A DNA stretch of 62,653 nt from a virus. Positions 41,385-50,555 of this stretch are shown here, piece by piece; within the stretch, counting starts at the first letter, position 1, and each line of letters starts with the position of its first letter. A program made the position numbers and the translations under genes. Under the pieces are notes generated by a model, which searched no databases, was not told where the DNA came from, and was given only the letters and a program-made list of their open reading frames with translations. The stretch spans positions 1 through 62,653 of the IMG/VR virus record IMGVR_UViG_3300011921_000001; one strand, written 5' to 3'.

Positions 41385-42908
41385 TCAGGCAGGAAGATAC
41401 TTATCAGCGCGGGGGTTGTTGGCCACTTTGTCCTTGCCCACGGTCTTGCGCCGCGCTTTTTGCACGCGGTCCATCATGGCGTAGAGCTTTCGAGCGCCAG
41501 CTTCCGTCGAGCCGTTGCCCAGCTCAGAGACGATCCGGGCAGGCACCACGAACTCACCGTCAGCAAGCCGTGCGGGTTGTTTCTCGCCAATCATGGCAGG
41601 GATCGAGTCACTCACGCCATCACCAGGGCCGCGCAGGAGCCTGCCGCCATCCGAGTAGCCGCCCAAGTCGGTGATGCCGCCACCGGCGAAACCATAGGAA
41701 ACACCCGCATACGGGTCAGACACTGCTTCTGGCGCGGCAACGGCGGCGGCAGGAGGAGGCGCAATATTTTTATATGTCTGCGTTACCGGGTCGTACTCGT
41801 ACGTGTACTCACCGGCTGCGACTGGGGGTACGTAAGGCTGTTCAGCGGGGGTAAACCTGTTTGCAGTTGGCATTGCGTCATCGCCCCTGTAGCCCTGTGC
41901 AATCAACTCTTGCCGCTCAAGATCGTCAAGTCGCGCACGCGCCACCGGGTCCTCAACGGGCGCTGCCGCAACCCTGCGCCTGCCAGGAGATGGGGCCGCT
42001 TGTGCAATAGGTGCAAAAGCGTATGCGTTTCCGCTGTACTTGTTGGCATCTGCCTTGCCGCCCTCGGCCATGCGCTCCATGCCTGTGTAGCTGTCGATGC
42101 CCATATCCGAGACGCCACCACGGGCGTTTTGCATATCGAAGATGTTGTTTGCCGACATCTGCTCGACAGGACCACCTTCGGCGTATAGGCGTTCAAAACT
42201 TGGATTAAAGAAGTTGCGCTGCCCACTGACCGGGCCGGTGTACCCGGCTTCAGGGTCTTCCACGCGTCCGGGATCGAACGAGTAGTTGTAGCGCTCCGTG
42301 TCAGGGGCGGGTGGGGTGAACTTGGGCTGCTCAAGCATTGTTGGGGCCGCTGCCGCCGCACCTGAAGCCATCAGTCCTTTTGCCCCACCCATGCCGCCTA
42401 CACTGCCCATAAAGCCCGTGCGGCCCGCTTCTGTGCCTAGAGCGCCCAGCCCTTGGCCCATCTGAGAAAAGTTGGCTCCCACGCTTGGCGCACCCATACC
42501 TACGTCTGCCATAGCCCCCACGGAGTTTGCCGAACTTGCCGCACCAGCACCCATCAGACCTGCACCAAGCCCCGCGCCACCGTAAGCGCCAAGACCTGCC
42601 ATCAAGCCTTTTTGCAGACTGCCCGTGCGAGCAGCTTCAAAGCCACCCATACCAAGGCCAACCATCATGGGCGTTGCAGCGCCACCAGTAGCGGCAGTGA
42701 TACCGGCACCGATAAGCATCGGCAGCATCTTGTCCAAGAAGCCCGCTTCAGGCAGGCCCGTTTGGGGGTTGATGCTCAGTGATCCGCCAGCGGCCATAGC
42801 TAGCGCTTGCAGCCCCTCGACTTCTCGGGGAGACATGTGGACAAGCTGTGAATCTGGGCCGCGTCCTTGCGCTGCCATGCGCTGTGCGGCGAGTTGCTGA
42901 AGGCTCAT
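41385..42908 (-). CDS. Gly/Ala-rich internal virion/ejection-type protein (507 aa from ATG 42908; track ORF extends to 43034)
   Basis: GAGG RBS before ATG 42908. N-terminus carries GPDSQLVHMSPREVEGLQ...INPQTGLPEA. Gly-zipper segment; YAEGG, MAEGG and FAGGG motifs. Confidence 0.55.
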   Translation of the reverse strand: MSLQQLAAQRMAAQGRGPDSQLVHMSPREVEGLQALAMAAGGSLSINPQTGLPEAGFLDKMLPMLIGAGITAATGGAATPMMVGLGMGGFEAARTGSLQKGLMAGLGAYGGAGLGAGLMGAGAASSANSVGAMADVGMGAPSVGANFSQMGQGLGALGTEAGRTGFMGSVGGMGGAKGLMASGAAAAAPTMLEQPKFTPPAPDTERYNYSFDPGRVEDPEAGYTGPVSGQRNFFNPSFERLYAEGGPVEQMSANNIFDMQNARGGVSDMGIDSYTGMERMAEGGKADANKYSGNAYAFAPIAQAAPSPGRRRVAAAPVEDPVARARLDDLERQELIAQGYRGDDAMPTANRFTPAEQPYVPPVAAGEYTYEYDPVTQTYKNIAPPPAAAVAAPEAVSDPYAGVSYGFAGGGITDLGGYSDGGRLLRGPGDGVSDSIPAMIGEKQPARLADGEFVVPARIVSELGNGSTEAGARKLYAMMDRVQKARRKTVGKDKVANNPRADKYLPA

Positions 42909-42957
42909 TGGTGCCTCACAAAGAAGGGGTTGGTCAAGTCTATCATGGGGGTATGTT

Positions 42958-43305
42958 TTAGCCAACTTTCCAGTTGGTCCCGTCAGAGTACACAGGCGTA
43001 AATACTGCACCGCCTCCGGCGACCGTAGCACCAAAGCTAGGCGTCAAAGCGTCAGTCACAAAAGCCCTTGCTCCTGCGCCTGATGTGGCCGCACTGGGTA
43101 GCGCAGCTACGGTGTAGTTTGTCGTTGCCGGGACAATACTGGACACGCCAAACTGGCGCAGTGTGCTGTCAAGCTGGTTAAAGTACAGGCGCAGTATGTC
43201 CGCAAACTGGTTCTGGTACCGCGACTCGTACTCCGTGGGAGCCGCAGGCAAGCGCGGTGCCGTAACGCGGGTGAGCGCAGCGGTAGAGGTGACGATCAGT
43301 GTCAT
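42958..43305 (-). CDS. Virion-associated hypothetical protein (115 aa)
   Basis: Track ORF; position between the 663-aa tail protein gene and the ejection protein genes. Confidence 0.5.
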   Translation of the reverse strand: MTLIVTSTAALTRVTAPRLPAAPTEYESRYQNQFADILRLYFNQLDSTLRQFGVSSIVPATTNYTVAALPSAATSGAGARAFVTDALTPSFGATVAGGGAVFTPVYSDGTNWKVG

Positions 43306-43313
43306 ACGGGTTT

Positions 43314-45305
43314 TTACCTACGACCATCAGGACGCACATCGAGCGAGGGCACGCCCAACTGCCACTGCACACCCAGCCCGTCCGAGCTGATTTTGAACGC
43401 CATCTGCCTGCCACGGATGCGTGTATAGATGATCTGGGTGAACTGCTGCACCGTGTAGTTCCGTTGGCTCTGGTAGTTCTGGGCGCTGGTCACTGTGGGC
43501 GTGCTTGCCGTGTTGTAGTTGGCACCAGGGTTCTGCCGTGGGCGCAGCGTAAACGTGACCTGCGGGTTGTTGACGGTGGAGCCGTCAAACGTGATGTCCG
43601 GGATCATGCGCCAAGCAAACCCGTAGTTGTGGCCGTCACCAATGTCAAAGTCCGCTGACTGAATGTACGCGCTGATTGGCACGGGTGGGTTTACTGAGGC
43701 GTCATTCACGCCGTTCTCATGGTAGACCAGTATGGCGTTGGTGTCGGTTTCTCCCGTAGCTGATGGGAAGTTGCGCAGAGGTGTGTCGAGCCACGCCGTG
43801 CGAGTCAAGTTGCCGTACGACCAGATGCGCTCCAAGTGGTTGTAGATGACGTAGCGGTCAATCACGGTGGAGCTAGCCGAGCAGTAGAACCACCAAATCT
43901 CGTTAAAGCCTTCGTTGGTCCCTGCAAAGAACTGGTACTGCTGCTGCAGGTTGATGTCGCCAAAAATGTACTGGCGAAGCGGGCAGTACAGCGTCTCCAC
44001 GCGGCCTGAGTACATGTAGAACTTATCTAAGCCAAGCCAGTACGTGACGTTGGCTGCAGATGCCATGGCGTTGGGACCGGCAATTGAGATGTTGTCTGCC
44101 AGAATCTGAAAGCCCCAAGCATCGGGTGGCCCGATGAACTGCATGGCGTACAGCGCTGCGTCAGTCCAGATCAAAATCTCCTGCCGTGCCTGCATAGCGC
44201 CTATGATTTCTGAGCCGATGCTTAAACGGTAGAACCCGGCATCATTGGTCTCCAGCGGCTCCCAAACAAGAATGTTCTCTGGGTCAGACCAACGTATAAG
44301 CAGTGGGTCAAGTGTTGTTGACCCCTGCACGTTGCAGCCAAACGCAATGACAAACCGCGATGCGTCAGAGACCATCACAAAGTTGCATATGGTGGGGCAG
44401 TAGCTGTCTGTCAGCCAGTACTGAATACCGTTTTGGGTGTTGGTGTTGGTTGGGCTCAGTATCTGCGCACGGTTAAACACCGTTGGGATGGCATCAACCA
44501 CCCAATAGTACAACGCGCCCCCTCGTGGGTTGAGCACCAAGTTCTGGCCAAAGTTGGCCTCGCTCCACAGACGAAGCTGCTGGCCGATTGTGATACCGGA
44601 AGTAGAAGGCGATCCCCAACCAGAAGGCGTGCTGCTGCCAACAAACCCGCCCCAACCACCTGCCCCCCAACCGACGTTTGAGGTAAACACCGCGCTGCCC
44701 GTAGTAATCTGGTAGGCAAACGTAGCGCTGACCGCTGGCGTGCCGCTGCTTGAGGTCGTACCCGTTACAACTATGGAGTAGGTGCCTGTTGTCAGGTACG
44801 TGATCCGGTGCTCGCCGTTAATGTTGGCCGCAAGGACACCGTTAACTGGCCCGGAGGTGGCCGAGATGGTCACAAAGTCGCCGGTCTGAGCGCCGTGTCC
44901 GGGATCGTTGATGACCAGTGTCGTTTGTCCGCCCGAGTTGGTTGCGGTGTTGGTTGTAAACGCATTGGCCACTGCAACGGCGGTGTCCCTGACTGGCGTG
45001 ATGTCGTAGAAGCCGCCGCCCGTGCCGTTCTGGATGTAGTATTTCAGGTTGGTGCCAAGCCCCAACAAGTTAAAACCAACAAGGTTCAGCCAGTTCCACA
45101 GGGAACGGCACACTCCCCACAGCGTGCCTGTGCTGGGCTGCAGCGTGGATGTGTTGGGGCCGTCGTCTTTGACCCAGCCCCCCAGCTTTTCAGGATAGCC
45201 TGAGCGAAACCGCACCTTGTCCATTTCGAACCACGTACCCTCATTGGCAAGCGTGGTCGATTCGCGGTTGACACCGGGACGCAGTTGGAGTTTTTGAAGC
45301 GGCAT
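43314..45305 (-). CDS. Large tail structural protein (663 aa), possibly tail-tubular-B-like
   Basis: Track ORF; N-terminus LQLRPGVNRESTTLANEGTWFEMDKVRFRSGYPEKLGGW recalls podovirus nozzle/tubular proteins (from memory); AAGGTCC RBS. Confidence 0.45.
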   Translation of the reverse strand: MPLQKLQLRPGVNRESTTLANEGTWFEMDKVRFRSGYPEKLGGWVKDDGPNTSTLQPSTGTLWGVCRSLWNWLNLVGFNLLGLGTNLKYYIQNGTGGGFYDITPVRDTAVAVANAFTTNTATNSGGQTTLVINDPGHGAQTGDFVTISATSGPVNGVLAANINGEHRITYLTTGTYSIVVTGTTSSSGTPAVSATFAYQITTGSAVFTSNVGWGAGGWGGFVGSSTPSGWGSPSTSGITIGQQLRLWSEANFGQNLVLNPRGGALYYWVVDAIPTVFNRAQILSPTNTNTQNGIQYWLTDSYCPTICNFVMVSDASRFVIAFGCNVQGSTTLDPLLIRWSDPENILVWEPLETNDAGFYRLSIGSEIIGAMQARQEILIWTDAALYAMQFIGPPDAWGFQILADNISIAGPNAMASAANVTYWLGLDKFYMYSGRVETLYCPLRQYIFGDINLQQQYQFFAGTNEGFNEIWWFYCSASSTVIDRYVIYNHLERIWSYGNLTRTAWLDTPLRNFPSATGETDTNAILVYHENGVNDASVNPPVPISAYIQSADFDIGDGHNYGFAWRMIPDITFDGSTVNNPQVTFTLRPRQNPGANYNTASTPTVTSAQNYQSQRNYTVQQFTQIIYTRIRGRQMAFKISSDGLGVQWQLGVPSLDVRPDGRR

Positions 45306-45313
45306 TGTGGACC

Positions 45314-45823
45314 TTACGCCATGTCAGTTGACTCGCCTTTGACGCTTGCAAGCCTGCGCATCCAGCCTTTGCCAAACGTATCAAAGGTGCTCAAGCTCTT
45401 GTAGTGGGCTTCGCGCAAAGCGCAGAACGCCTCGATTATTTCATCTGCGGGCTTGGCTGTCACGGCACTTATCGTTTTGGGTCCGATCTGCCCGTCAGCG
45501 GTCACTCCAACAGCTTGCTGAAGAAATTTACTAGCGCGACCAACGCCAGCATTGACAGCAGCATCAAAAACGCACAGATCAACCCCAGAAGGAAGATCGT
45601 CCCCTCGCACAGCATCCCAGTAGCGCGTCTTGTAGAGTGGGCCAACCATTGCAGGTGTGAGCGCCCGCATGTCGGCTTCAGTGGCAGGCTTGCCAGTCCA
45701 TTCTTCCCAGACACGTTTGGTCACTCCTAGGTTGGTCATGCCGCCTGGGTCAGACGGATGGTTGACGTAGCCCCCCTCGTACTTGAGGATGTGCGCCAGT
45801 GCTTCTTCCCAATTGTGTTTCAT
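45314..45823 (-). CDS. Endolysin: GH108 muramidase domain plus PG_binding_3-like C-terminus (169 aa)
   Basis: ILKYEGGYVNHPSDPGGMTNLGVT catalytic-region signature; C-terminal FGKGWMRRL. Confidence 0.8.
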   Translation of the reverse strand: MKHNWEEALAHILKYEGGYVNHPSDPGGMTNLGVTKRVWEEWTGKPATEADMRALTPAMVGPLYKTRYWDAVRGDDLPSGVDLCVFDAAVNAGVGRASKFLQQAVGVTADGQIGPKTISAVTAKPADEIIEAFCALREAHYKSLSTFDTFGKGWMRRLASVKGESTDMA

Positions 45824-46230
45824 TTGCGTGCCTTCATGTCCATGATTTTCTCAAGAGTGCGTCCACCGAAATAGAACGACATGATGAGCATCCCCCACTG
45901 GCCCAGCAGTTCAACGTAGGACTGGTTGGCGTTGTGTCCCCAGGCGCTCATCATGGCAAATGTGAAGTACGCCACCAAGATAAAGATCAGCGTCATGGGC
46001 CTGATGTTCTTGGACAGCCAAGAGTCGCTACCCATATCGGCCTTGTGTCGCTCAGTGACGTTGCCCTGCTCAGCCTTGTAAAGCTCGGTGTCGTTAGCCA
46101 TTTTTGCCAGCTCACCATTCTGGGCCATCCTAGCTAGGTCAAGCTGGGCTTTAGCCTTGGCCTCGGGGTCCGGTATGAGCTTGTCAATAAGCTTGCCACC
46201 GACAGAAAGAATTGCGTCAAGTCCAAGCAT
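45820..46230 (-). CDS. Holin (136 aa), GTA-type 3-TM holin-like
   Basis: N-terminus IDKLIPDPEAKAKAQLDLA, C-terminal hydrophobic helices, ATGA coupling to the endolysin gene. Confidence 0.65.
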   Translation of the reverse strand: MLGLDAILSVGGKLIDKLIPDPEAKAKAQLDLARMAQNGELAKMANDTELYKAEQGNVTERHKADMGSDSWLSKNIRPMTLIFILVAYFTFAMMSAWGHNANQSYVELLGQWGMLIMSFYFGGRTLEKIMDMKARK

Positions 46231-46232
46231 GA

Positions 46233-46688
46233 TTACCCTTTCAGGTCAAAACTAAGGTTGGGGTGGCGCGGGTACTGGACAACGCGCTCACCCTCGGGGC
46301 ACTTGTACTTGATCGTCGCCAGCAGGGTGGCCTTGCCATCAGCAATTTTCTCTTTCTGCACCATCGTAAGCTGGTACGTGAAGGTGTCAATCTCCGGCCC
46401 CGCTGGGCCGCTGAACTTGCTTGCTGTGGTGGTCGCTGCATGGATCATCCCGGCTGCGTCACGGATGCTTGGCGTGAAGCTCTCAACAGAGCAGTCGTCC
46501 CGCTTCTTGATCCGCGCAACGGTGACGTTGATCGGCTTGCCAGCCTCTGCCGTGATCTTGAAGTTCTCCGGCGACCACTCAATGATGGCCCGGTCAAACC
46601 AGCCGAACTTGTCGGCCAAGGTGTAGCTGCCGCCCAGCGCCGCAACGCTGGCGGCAACAGCTCCAATTGCTTTGGTAAGGTCAATCAT
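46233..46688 (-). CDS. N-terminally membrane-anchored protein (151 aa) preceding the holin
   Basis: Hydrophobic N-terminal segment AIGAVAASVAALGG, then a soluble beta-rich part; GAGGT RBS. Confidence 0.55.
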   Translation of the reverse strand: MIDLTKAIGAVAASVAALGGSYTLADKFGWFDRAIIEWSPENFKITAEAGKPINVTVARIKKRDDCSVESFTPSIRDAAGMIHAATTTASKFSGPAGPEIDTFTYQLTMVQKEKIADGKATLLATIKYKCPEGERVVQYPRHPNLSFDLKG

Positions 46689-46700
46689 GGCTTACCTCAC

Positions 46701-49268
46701 TTAGCTTAAACGATACAGCACATACGTGCTGGCCGCAGTTCTGCGGATACGGAATTGCGCGGAAGTGCCCGTTGCAACGGCAAGCGAACCGAGTGTTGTT
46801 ACTCCAGTGCTGGCTGAAAATGTGACGGTTCCAGAGGCCGTGTTAATGACATAAAAGTCGTAACTAACATTGACTGCCGCCCAGCTTGTGACAAGTGTAT
46901 CCAGCGTTGCGCCAGTTGGCATAGCCACGCTAGTCATGGAGCCTGTGGTGTTAATAATTTGCGCTTGGAGGTTTGCGTTTGTAAGCGTTCCATTTGTAGT
47001 AAGCACCTCTGGGGCTGGTGCATACGGCATAACCGCGCCGGTTAGCATTTGCAGATTACCCCCCACATCCAGCGTCATTTCTCGAACCCAAGTAAGGGTG
47101 GTGTTTGCTGTGCCGGAGGGGGCGTTGTACCAAGTGTGTTGGCCGTTAAATGACTGATACCGGGAAGCAGCGGCTGTGATGCCGTAGCGCCATTCAAGGG
47201 CGTTGGACCAAGCGTTGGCCAACAAGTTCACGTTATTGGTTGACGAGCTGGCAAGATTGGAGCCAACACCCCCGAATTCAAACGCTGTAAAGTCAATCCA
47301 AGCACTTGGAGTAGTTACCCCCAAGCTAAGGTTGCCAGCATTATTGAGGCGCATACGCGCAGTGGGAGTTGTAGTGCCCGCAGGAACCGTGTAAAACTCA
47401 AGGCTCGAAGGCTGCGATGTGCCCGCCATCCAAGTGGTATCGGCAATAATTCCAATCATGCCGCCGATATACCCGGTGCCAGTGCCCGCAGATGTACCAA
47501 ACGCAATACGCCCGCCGTAATCACTAGCGGAAAGGCCGCCTGTGGTTGTGTCGCGCAATGCTCGAATTACTTGATCCCCGCCAACTACTTGCAGTTTTGA
47601 TCCCGGCGAATCCGCCCCAATACCGAAATTACCGGAAGAGTCGATAACCGCACGCAGCCCGCCATTGGTTACAAGCCCAAGGGCATGAGCGCTTTGTGTC
47701 CCGACCACAAATCGGTTTGAAAACGGGCTACCAAACGTGGAGCCGCCTGTCCCAACATACCCAACAGCGGAGCCAGATTCGCCTTGGGACCACAGTACGA
47801 TGTTGGCTTGATTATTAGCGGTACTGGTGTTTTTAAAGCTGCCGATAAACGGGCCGCTTGTCATGGCCACATCCAACGTATAAAAAGGCGCTGGCACTCC
47901 AAGGCCCAGTCTTGTGCCGTCAAAAGTTAGGCCCGAACCGTTTGCAAGCGTTCCCGTGCCAGAGGCGTACAGAACCCCATTAAGCGTGTAGGAAGTTTTC
48001 CCCGTACCGCCGTTGGCCACAGGCAGTGTGCCCGTCACCCCCGTGCTAAGTGGGAGCCCGTCGCAGTTGGTCAGCGTGCCCGACGCAGGCGTGCCAAGTA
48101 TTGCGCCTGCCATAAGGGGGGTAATCAGCGTCATGTCTGTGGCCGTAGCGTTGGTGCCCCGCAGAAAGCCCCCCGCAGTGCCGTTGGCGGCAAGCGCCAG
48201 TACTGTAGCTACGTTTGTGCCCAGCCCTGATATGCCGGTACTGACGGGCAGACCTGTGGCGTTGGTCAGCGTGCCCGACGCAGGCGTGCCCAAAGCGCCG
48301 CCATTGACCACGAACGCCCCAACTGAGCCTACGTTGTTACCCAGCGCCGTTATGGCCCCTGTTCCAAACCCCGTAATGCCTGTTGCCAGCGGCAAGCCCG
48401 TGCAGTTGGTCAAAGTCCCGGATGCAGGCACGCCGAGTTGAGGAGTTGTCAGCACAGGGCTGTTGAGCGTCTTGTTGTAGAGCGTCTCTGTGGCGGTCTG
48501 ATTGACCAACGTGCCGGATGCTGGGAGTGTGACGTTGGTTAGGGCAGTGGCAGTCAGCGTAACTGCAAACGCGCCCGAGGTAGTTAGGTTGCCGCCCAGC
48601 GTAATGGTTTTGCCCGAGTTGTTGACGCCTGTGCCGCCGTTTACGCCCAACAAAACGCCAGTCACATCTGCCGTGCTGATATCAATCGCATCCCAGCTCG
48701 TGTTGGTGCCGTCCGACTTGAGGTAGAGCCCAGCCGCCGAAGTCTGCACTGGCGCCAGCGCGTTGAACGCCGCGTTTGCCGTGGTCTGCCCGGTGCCGCC
48801 GTTGGCAATTGGCAAAGTGCCGGTAATGCTGCTGGCCTTGATATCGTAAAAATTAGTGCCGTCGGAAAAGACCACTACGCGGTCGTTGTTGGCAATAGTG
48901 ACACCCGTGCCTGCCGCCGTAGTGTTGCCAATGACGGATGAGTTGTAGATGGTTGCGGCAAACCCGCTGTTGTTCCAAATAATGTACTGCTTAGAGCTGG
49001 GCGGTGCGTAGACGTTAAACGCCGCCCCCGTCGTCGTGGTCAGGCGCAGCGTAGCGTAAATGGACTGGTTAAGTGCGGGGGTGCTAACCGGGCCAGAGTT
49101 GTATGTGAACGCTTGGTTGGCGGCGATGACACTGACCGTCTGGTACCCTGCAATTGCGCTGTCAAAAATGTACGCAAAGTTGTCGTTGGTCGTGTTGCCC
49201 CACGTACCGGCTTGATCGCCGGAGGTAATCAGCTCAACACGCAGACTGGAGGAATAGGTGCTTGGCAT
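46701..49268 (-). CDS. Tail fibre/spike protein (855 aa)
   Basis: Conserved-looking fibre N-terminus ([22 protein letters not shown]), repeated [17 protein letters not shown] units, Gly/Thr/Ser/Asn-rich beta-structure composition. Confidence 0.75.
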   Translation of the reverse strand: MPSTYSSSLRVELITSGDQAGTWGNTTNDNFAYIFDSAIAGYQTVSVIAANQAFTYNSGPVSTPALNQSIYATLRLTTTTGAAFNVYAPPSSKQYIIWNNSGFAATIYNSSVIGNTTAAGTGVTIANNDRVVVFSDGTNFYDIKASSITGTLPIANGGTGQTTANAAFNALAPVQTSAAGLYLKSDGTNTSWDAIDISTADVTGVLLGVNGGTGVNNSGKTITLGGNLTTSGAFAVTLTATALTNVTLPASGTLVNQTATETLYNKTLNSPVLTTPQLGVPASGTLTNCTGLPLATGITGFGTGAITALGNNVGSVGAFVVNGGALGTPASGTLTNATGLPVSTGISGLGTNVATVLALAANGTAGGFLRGTNATATDMTLITPLMAGAILGTPASGTLTNCDGLPLSTGVTGTLPVANGGTGKTSYTLNGVLYASGTGTLANGSGLTFDGTRLGLGVPAPFYTLDVAMTSGPFIGSFKNTSTANNQANIVLWSQGESGSAVGYVGTGGSTFGSPFSNRFVVGTQSAHALGLVTNGGLRAVIDSSGNFGIGADSPGSKLQVVGGDQVIRALRDTTTGGLSASDYGGRIAFGTSAGTGTGYIGGMIGIIADTTWMAGTSQPSSLEFYTVPAGTTTPTARMRLNNAGNLSLGVTTPSAWIDFTAFEFGGVGSNLASSSTNNVNLLANAWSNALEWRYGITAAASRYQSFNGQHTWYNAPSGTANTTLTWVREMTLDVGGNLQMLTGAVMPYAPAPEVLTTNGTLTNANLQAQIINTTGSMTSVAMPTGATLDTLVTSWAAVNVSYDFYVINTASGTVTFSASTGVTTLGSLAVATGTSAQFRIRRTAASTYVLYRLS

Positions 49269-49287
49269 TTAGTTGTCCTTACCTGAT

Positions 49288-49986
49288 TTAAGACGGTGCA
49301 TCAATGTTGGTCCATCCGGGTGCTCCGGATGGTTGGTCGTTGTTTATCTCAACCCATGCGGTGATGTAGGGTGAGAATGTCCGGCTGTACGTGCCTGCAA
49401 ATGGGAAGCCCCCAAATGTGCCGCCCGCAAAAGTTGCAATTTCCGATATTGTGATGGATGGCAGTACGTCTGTCCAACCCGGCGACTGATCGTCATTGAT
49501 GGGCTCCCACAGGTACCGGATGGAAACGCTGTCAAGGGCGCTGACTGTTTCAGAAACAGTTGCGCGAAATACGGTGTTTGTCTGGGCCGCGTCCAGGGCT
49601 GCGACTGCTTCAGCGGCAGTGACGAGGAAGTTTATGCGTGCGGAGGCGGCATCAAGCGCTGTGGCTGTCTCGGCTGTGTTTGCAAGGAACGTGATGTTCG
49701 AGGCGGCAGTATCGGCAAGGGACGCGGCCTCAAGGACAACGGAGCCAAAAAAGCTGCTGCTAACCGCTTGATCCGAGCCCGTGGCGGTGTCTTGCGCGAG
49801 GGCCGTAAATACTGAAGTTGATGTGGCAGCGTCTTGGCCCGCTGCGCTTTCTTGGGCCTGCGTTGAGTACGTGGGCAGGGCCGCTGTTTGGTCAGCGGCG
49901 GTAGCGGTGTCTACCGTAAATGCGCTGTAGTAAAACCCTACCGAGGTGGCATAGGGCTGTTCCGCAAACGCATATCCGGCAAACAC
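49288..49986 (-). CDS. Repeat protein (232 aa, GTG start) between the two fibre genes; putative fibre-associated structural protein
   Basis: About five 20-aa units F.....E....ALD.......; AAGGACGG RBS. Confidence 0.5.
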   Translation of the reverse strand: MFAGYAFAEQPYATSVGFYYSAFTVDTATAADQTAALPTYSTQAQESAAGQDAATSTSVFTALAQDTATGSDQAVSSSFFGSVVLEAASLADTAASNITFLANTAETATALDAASARINFLVTAAEAVAALDAAQTNTVFRATVSETVSALDSVSIRYLWEPINDDQSPGWTDVLPSITISEIATFAGGTFGGFPFAGTYSRTFSPYITAWVEINNDQPSGAPGWTNIDAPS

Positions 49987-49995
49987 GCGCCGTCC

Positions 49996-50175
49996 TTACT
50001 GGACTTGCTCAGCCTGGGGCACTTCGGGCATGGGCAACTGGGGCATTGCCTGCTCTCGGATGCCTTGGATCAGATCAGCAACTTGCTCAAACGGCTGCTT
50101 TGCCAGAACCGACATGATGTAGTTCACAGCAGGCAGGGGCAACTTGAGTTCGATGTTGATGTTCTTCTCGTCCAT
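49996..50175 (-). CDS. Possible small protein (59 aa)
   Basis: Hand-translated (MDEKNINIELKLPLPAVNYIMSVLAKQPFEQVADLIQGIREQAM...); GGAG RBS. Confidence 0.45.
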   Translation of the reverse strand: MDEKNINIELKLPLPAVNYIMSVLAKQPFEQVADLIQGIREQAMPQLPMPEVPQAEQVQ

Positions 50176-50205
50176 GTGTATCTCCGGGTGGTTAAGGAGT
50201 GAGCA

Positions 50206-50538
50206 TTATGCCGAAGGGGTGGCCCAAGGCAAAGGCGGCTGGATAGTTGGCGGGTTGATCTGGTTGTCGATCTGAGCCTGCACAGCGGCCTCTGTAGCGT
50301 CTTTGTTGACGCCGTTGGCCCAGCACCAGCCCAAGACCTGATCTTGCGTCAGATCGGCGTATGGCGTGAATTGCCCTTCCGTGGGCATCGGGAAAGAGCA
50401 AGTGGAGTACACAGTGCCCGAGTACAGCCCATCAATGCCGGAACAGCGCCAGCCTGCGGTCAGGACAGTCTCAGGAGGGGTTGCAGTGGTGGGAGTGGTT
50501 TGCATCCATTCAATTTGCCAAATCGTAGTTGTAGTCAT
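50206..50538 (-). CDS. Hypothetical protein (110 aa) downstream of the fibre gene
   Basis: Track ORF; AAAGGAAAT RBS. Confidence 0.55.
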   Translation of the reverse strand: MTTTTIWQIEWMQTTPTTATPPETVLTAGWRCSGIDGLYSGTVYSTCSFPMPTEGQFTPYADLTQDQVLGWCWANGVNKDATEAAVQAQIDNQINPPTIQPPLPWATPSA

Positions 50539-50555
50539 GGTGATTTCCTTTAAGG

